Virus record (IMG/VR): IMGVR_UViG_3300034375_007061 | Coordinates: 1-64,000 of that record | DNA: 64,000 bases | Source of the DNA: a virus | Lineage: Duplodnaviria > Caudoviricetes | Strand: one strand, 5' to 3' | In this document: positions 59,772 to 64,000 of the stretch, one piece after another | How positions within the stretch are numbered: position 1 is the stretch's first letter | How the letters are laid out: each line of letters opens with the position of its first letter | The notes under the pieces: generated by a model | Databases searched by the model: none | What the model saw: the letters and a program-made list of their open reading frames with translations, nothing else | What the model was told of the DNA's origin: nothing | Translations under genes and position numbers: made by a program

Positions 59772-59957
59772 ATGAAAGTAACAATGTGTGATCCGCCCAG
59801 CGGTTGGCGATATGGCTTTCCTAAACCGTTGCCAGCAGACTTAGGTGAAGATGAGAGTATTATTCCTTGGCTGTTGAGTGAGGGGTATCCGCAGAAAGAG
59901 ATTGACAACTGCGGCAAACACTTTTATTGTAGATATTGGGAACAGGAAGAAGAATGA
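59772..59957 (+). CDS. Hypothetical protein
   Basis: DPPSGWRYGFPK; coupled to the next gene. Confidence 0.55.
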   Translation: MKVTMCDPPSGWRYGFPKPLPADLGEDESIIPWLLSEGYPQKEIDNCGKHFYCRYWEQEEE

Positions 59958-60868
59958 AAGAACTATGGGTAGAGAAGTATCGTCCAAAAACGGTGGACGG
60001 TTATGTATTTAGAGATGACGCACAAAGAAAACAAGTTAAGACATGGATCAAAGATAAAACTATTCCGCATTTGCTTTTTAGTGGCAATGCTGGGATTGGT
60101 AAAACTACTCTTGCTAAGTTACTTTTTAACGAGCTCGACATAAATCCATTAGACATATTAGAGATTAACGCAAGTCGCACAAACTCAGTAGATGATGTGC
60201 GAGACAAGATTGTTGCGTTTGTGCAAATGATTCCATTTGGTGACTTTAAAGTTGTGTTGCTAGATGAGGCTGATTACTTGTCGCCAAACGCACAGGCAGC
60301 ATTGCGTGGTGTTATGGAAGAATATCACAATACAGCAAGATTTATTTTAACGTGTAACTATCCAAACAGAATTATTCCAGCGATCCACAGCAGATGCCAA
60401 GGCTTCCACATTGCTAAAATTGATCAAACAGAGTTTACTGCTAGAGTAGCAGAGATTCTTATCACAGAAGGTATTACTCCAGATTTAGATACGCTTGATA
60501 CATATGTAAAAGCAACTTATCCAGACTTGCGCAAGTGTATCAATATGGTACAAATGAATTCAGTTGAAGGGAAACTTGTATCTCCACAAGAAGGCGATAG
60601 CGGAGAAGCTGACTGGAAACTGGACATGGTTGAGCTGTTTAAAGCAGGTAAGATTCATGATGCAAGAAAGTTGTTGTGTGGTACGGTACGTGCTGAAGAA
60701 ATGGAAGAAATTTATCGTTGGTTGTATGACAATATTGAATTGTTTGGAACAGACGAACAACAAGACCAGGCCGTGCTAATTATTAAGCAAGGATTGGTAG
60801 ATCACACATTGGTTGTAGATCCAGAGATTAACTTAGCAGCTACATTGATTCGTTTAGGAGCATTATGA
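59936..60868 (+). CDS. Clamp loader AAA+ subunit (T4 gp44/RFC-like; start probably 59954)
   Basis: LWVEKYRP, G.GKTT, NAS, LDEADYL, SRC. Confidence 0.9.
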   Translation: MGTGRRMKELWVEKYRPKTVDGYVFRDDAQRKQVKTWIKDKTIPHLLFSGNAGIGKTTLAKLLFNELDINPLDILEINASRTNSVDDVRDKIVAFVQMIPFGDFKVVLLDEADYLSPNAQAALRGVMEEYHNTARFILTCNYPNRIIPAIHSRCQGFHIAKIDQTEFTARVAEILITEGITPDLDTLDTYVKATYPDLRKCINMVQMNSVEGKLVSPQEGDSGEADWKLDMVELFKAGKIHDARKLLCGTVRAEEMEEIYRWLYDNIELFGTDEQQDQAVLIIKQGLVDHTLVVDPEINLAATLIRLGAL

Positions 60869-61293
60869 AAATTCTAATATTTGGTTTGCCCGGATCGGGT
60901 AAAACCACATTGGCAAAACCTTTTGCTGAACTTATAGGCGGTGTGCATATTAATGCAGACAATGTGCGTAGTCATTATGCTGATTGGGATTTTACACCAG
61001 AAGGACGTATGCGTCAAGCGGCACGTATGCGTTATCTAGCAGACGGTGTTGTAATGGCAGGCAAAGTAGCAGTTGCAGATTTTGTTGCGCCTACTGATCA
61101 AGCACGTATGGAGTTTAATCCAGATTTTACGGTATGGATGGATACTATTAAAGAAGGTAGATTTGCAGACACAAATAAAATGTTTGTGCCTCCTGCCCAT
61201 TTTGATTATCATGTAAGTAAATGGTTTACGGATACACATGAACAACTTATGAAAATTGTTGCAACTTTTATGGATAGAAATAAAAATGTTTGA
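60865..61293 (+). CDS. Adenylyl-sulfate kinase-like P-loop kinase
   Basis: GLPGSGKTTLA, NADNVR, DFTPEGR. Confidence 0.7.
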   Translation: MKILIFGLPGSGKTTLAKPFAELIGGVHINADNVRSHYADWDFTPEGRMRQAARMRYLADGVVMAGKVAVADFVAPTDQARMEFNPDFTVWMDTIKEGRFADTNKMFVPPAHFDYHVSKWFTDTHEQLMKIVATFMDRNKNV

Positions 61294-61675
61294 TTGGAAA
61301 AAACCAACAGCACAAATGCTTGGGCGGTGGCAACCTTGGCATGATGGGCATACAGAATTATTCAAAAAAGCCTTGACAAATACTGGTCAAGTTTGTATAA
61401 TGATAAGAGATGTTTGCGGTGTTGATGCAGGCATGGGGAACAATGATAATCCTTTTAACTATAGAGTAGCAAGGAAAAATATCATAGACGGGCTTGCTAA
61501 ACACGGTTACACTTGCGGTGAAGAATATGAAATAATAAGTGTTCCTAATATTGTTGATATTAGTTACGGAAGAAGTGTTGGATATACTTTTACACAACAC
61601 AACTTAGGGGAAGAAATACACAATATTAGTGCCACAAAGATTAGAGCAAAAATGAGAGAGAAAGGCGAACTATGA
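61256..61675 (+). CDS. Cytidyltransferase-like HIGH nucleotidyltransferase (start probably 61286)
   Basis: [17 protein letters not shown]. Confidence 0.75.
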   Translation: MLQLLWIEIKMFDWKKPTAQMLGRWQPWHDGHTELFKKALTNTGQVCIMIRDVCGVDAGMGNNDNPFNYRVARKNIIDGLAKHGYTCGEEYEIISVPNIVDISYGRSVGYTFTQHNLGEEIHNISATKIRAKMREKGEL

Positions 61676-62013
61676 CATATATTGTAAATGATCAATGCAT
61701 TAAATGTAAACACATGGATTGTGTTGAAGTTTGTCCAGTAGATTGTTTCTACGAAGGTGAAAACATGTTGGTGATAAATCCGCAAGAATGTATTGATTGC
61801 GGAGTCTGTGAGCCAGAATGCCCTGCTGACGCCATTTGGCCTGATACAAAAGAAGGAGCAGACAAATGGGTAGAATTTAATCAAAAATATGCAGACTTAT
61901 GGCCAGTTATTACTGAAATGCGTCCAGAGGATGTGCCAGAGGATGCAGATAAATGGCACGGGATGGAAGGCAAAATGGAATACTTCAGTGAGGCACCAGG
62001 ACGTGGCGACTGA
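61672..62013 (+). CDS. fdxA: 7Fe/8Fe ferredoxin
   Basis: [30 protein letters not shown]. Confidence 0.95.
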   Translation: MTYIVNDQCIKCKHMDCVEVCPVDCFYEGENMLVINPQECIDCGVCEPECPADAIWPDTKEGADKWVEFNQKYADLWPVITEMRPEDVPEDADKWHGMEGKMEYFSEAPGRGD

Positions 62014-62172
62014 TAACAAAAGTTTGATAAATGATATTGTAAGAGTAAGTGTATTAGAAGAAGAAATAGAATATTACAAAACACTTTTACAGCCTAGTGA
62101 CACTGGACATATCCACACAACAATAAATTTTTTAAGTCAAAGACTATCTAACATCAAAGGAGAATTAGCGGG

Positions 62173-62865
62173 ATGGCCGTTCGATTAGTAAGTTACACAA
62201 AAGCAACAGAAGAATTTGTAAAAGAAGGCATCAACAACGATGATTTGTTGGATTTGGTTGCATTTTGTGCTAGGGTAAGTAATCCTGCCAATCAAATGAA
62301 TAGTGAAACAAGTGAAAAACTTGTAAAGTATTTGATCAAACACGCACACTGGTCACCACTGGAAATGGTAAACGTGTGTATGGAGATTGACACTACACGT
62401 GATATTGCACATCAGATTGTGCGTCACCGTAGTTTTGCTTTCCAAGAGTTTAGTCAGCGTTATGCAGAGCCTGGCGATATGGGCGAAGTATTTGTAACAA
62501 GTGAAGCAAGACTACAAGATACTAAAAATAGACAGAACAGCATTGAACTAGACTTAGGCGCAGAAGGCAATGCCGAACTTGTTTCACGTTGGGAGGAGCT
62601 TCAGCAAGATGTTTGCTTTACAGCAGGCAAAGCATATGACTGGGCAATCAATAACGGTATTGCTAAAGAAGTTGCACGTAAAGTACTGCCAGAAGGACTT
62701 ACAAAAACAAGATTGTATATGAATGGTACACTGCGTAGTTGGGTGCATTATATTGAGTTGCGAGGTGCTAATGGAACACAAAAAGAACACATGGAGATCG
62801 CTTGGGAGTGTGCTAAGGTCATCGCAGAGATATTTCCTCTTGCAGCAGAACTCAATGCCTCCTAG
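62173..62865 (+). CDS. thyX: Flavin-dependent thymidylate synthase
   Basis: HWSPLE, QIVRHRSFAFQEFSQRY. Confidence 0.95.
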   Translation: MAVRLVSYTKATEEFVKEGINNDDLLDLVAFCARVSNPANQMNSETSEKLVKYLIKHAHWSPLEMVNVCMEIDTTRDIAHQIVRHRSFAFQEFSQRYAEPGDMGEVFVTSEARLQDTKNRQNSIELDLGAEGNAELVSRWEELQQDVCFTAGKAYDWAINNGIAKEVARKVLPEGLTKTRLYMNGTLRSWVHYIELRGANGTQKEHMEIAWECAKVIAEIFPLAAELNAS

Positions 62866-63115
62866 TATTGAAATAGATGTAGAATGGAAAGAACACTATG
62901 CATGGTGGCCTGTGCGTAGTAGTTGGAGTAAAAAACTAATATGGTTTAAAAAATATTGGAAAGGAGAAATCTTCTATGATGCTATGGGAAGACCGCCAAT
63001 AAAGGAAAGTAGTTGGAAACTCGTCTACACGGAAAACGAGTATTTGCTGTATCTTTTAAAACAGGATGAAAAATACAATCATCCTTTAGCATTCAAGAGT
63101 GTAAGGGCTATCTAG
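62855..63115 (+). CDS. Hypothetical Trp-rich protein
   Basis: MPPSIEIDVEW...; 3' part of the 62723 ORF. Confidence 0.5.
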   Translation: MPPSIEIDVEWKEHYAWWPVRSSWSKKLIWFKKYWKGEIFYDAMGRPPIKESSWKLVYTENEYLLYLLKQDEKYNHPLAFKSVRAI

Positions 63116-63123
63116 CCCTTACT

Positions 63124-63855
63124 TTATGCGTCTCCGTAAATTTCTAAGACTTCTTTAACAGCTTCATGTCTTTCAATATCTCCTTTGTGGAAGTTTACCA
63201 CACTAATTGTTTTAGTTTCTGTATTATTTAATTGATTAGTAAAATGTATTAGTCCATTATCTTTGAGCCTATCAGCTTGTGCTAGGTCTCCTGTAACAAC
63301 CATTTTACTACCTTTCCCAATACGTGTAAGCAACATTTTCATTTGATTTGGTGTTGCATTTTGCATTTCGTCAGCAACTATAAAACTATTTTTAAATGTC
63401 CGTCCACGCATGTATGCTAGTGGTGATATTTCAATTACACCTTCTTGAATCATGGATTCAATTTCATTAGCATAAAAATATTCGCGAAATACATCAAAAA
63501 TAGGTCTTGTCCATGGAGCCATTTTTTCTTCTAATGTACCAGGCAAGAATCCTAGATCTTCGTCTGCACTTACAGCCGGTCTAGTGACAACAATTTTTTC
63601 TACATCTGTATCTATAAATGCCTTCACTGCTGCCTGACAGGCTAGTAATGTTTTACCTGTACCTGCTGGACCAATTCCAAATACAATATTTTTCGATTCG
63701 TCTAAAAGTTCAATTACATAATCTTCTTGACTTCTATTTCTTGGAAGTAAAGATACTGATTGACTTTTTTTTGGAAGGAAATTATTTAATCTAACAACAT
63801 TATTACTATTGTTTGCTTTTACAAATGCTTGCCGTCTAGCTTGCTTTTTACCCAT
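63124..63855 (-). CDS. phoH: PhoH-like ATPase
   Basis: GPAGTGKT, RPAV, LGFLPG, YMRGRT, DEMQN, TGD..Q.D. Confidence 0.95.
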   Translation of the reverse strand: MGKKQARRQAFVKANNSNNVVRLNNFLPKKSQSVSLLPRNRSQEDYVIELLDESKNIVFGIGPAGTGKTLLACQAAVKAFIDTDVEKIVVTRPAVSADEDLGFLPGTLEEKMAPWTRPIFDVFREYFYANEIESMIQEGVIEISPLAYMRGRTFKNSFIVADEMQNATPNQMKMLLTRIGKGSKMVVTGDLAQADRLKDNGLIHFTNQLNNTETKTISVVNFHKGDIERHEAVKEVLEIYGDA

Positions 63856-64000
63856 TTACACCTCCTATGAGTTAGGCAGGGTCTTCCATTTGCAGGAAGT
63901 GGCTCCCTGCTAATGTATTTACATTTGATTTGCTATCATAAAGTGCGTACTGAATTTAAACCTATATAGATCTTAAAGTGATAAATATTAAAAAGAGAAA

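Noticed and set aside
1-64000. Stop-codon reassignment (alternative genetic code)
   Set aside because: Conserved genes are intact under code 11; TAA, TAG and TGA all end genes; no suppressor anticodon is present.

Overview
AT-rich (roughly 35% GC by eye), gene-dense 64 kb segment of a large T4-like or jumbo tailed dsDNA phage. The host is probably an aquatic alphaproteobacterium, judged from the FdxA and Bax-inhibitor-1 sequences. The window contains a CHASE2 adenylate cyclase region, host-like genes (infA, clpP, groES, iscA, fdxA, BI-1, uvsE, phoH, thyX, queD and a queC-like gene), 9 tRNA genes in two transcription units, an amidinotransferase plus 2OG-Fe(II) oxygenases, a tandem block of six radical SAM genes, baseplate/tail-fibre genes, a DnaE fragment and a clamp-loader subunit. 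The standout finding is an unannotated 20-codon leader peptide (16766-16828) with mutually exclusive antiterminator and terminator hairpins, between a sigma70 promoter and six tRNA genes. Its central codons largely match the codons read by the downstream tRNAs, suggesting a ribosome-sensing attenuator that switches on phage tRNAs when host tRNAs become limiting. Also notable are apparent avoidance of ACWGT across the window, tRNA-Trp(CCA) and tRNA-Ile(UAU) with long variable arms, and a preQ1-I-like leader on queD. All calls come from motif recognition by eye; no searches were run.
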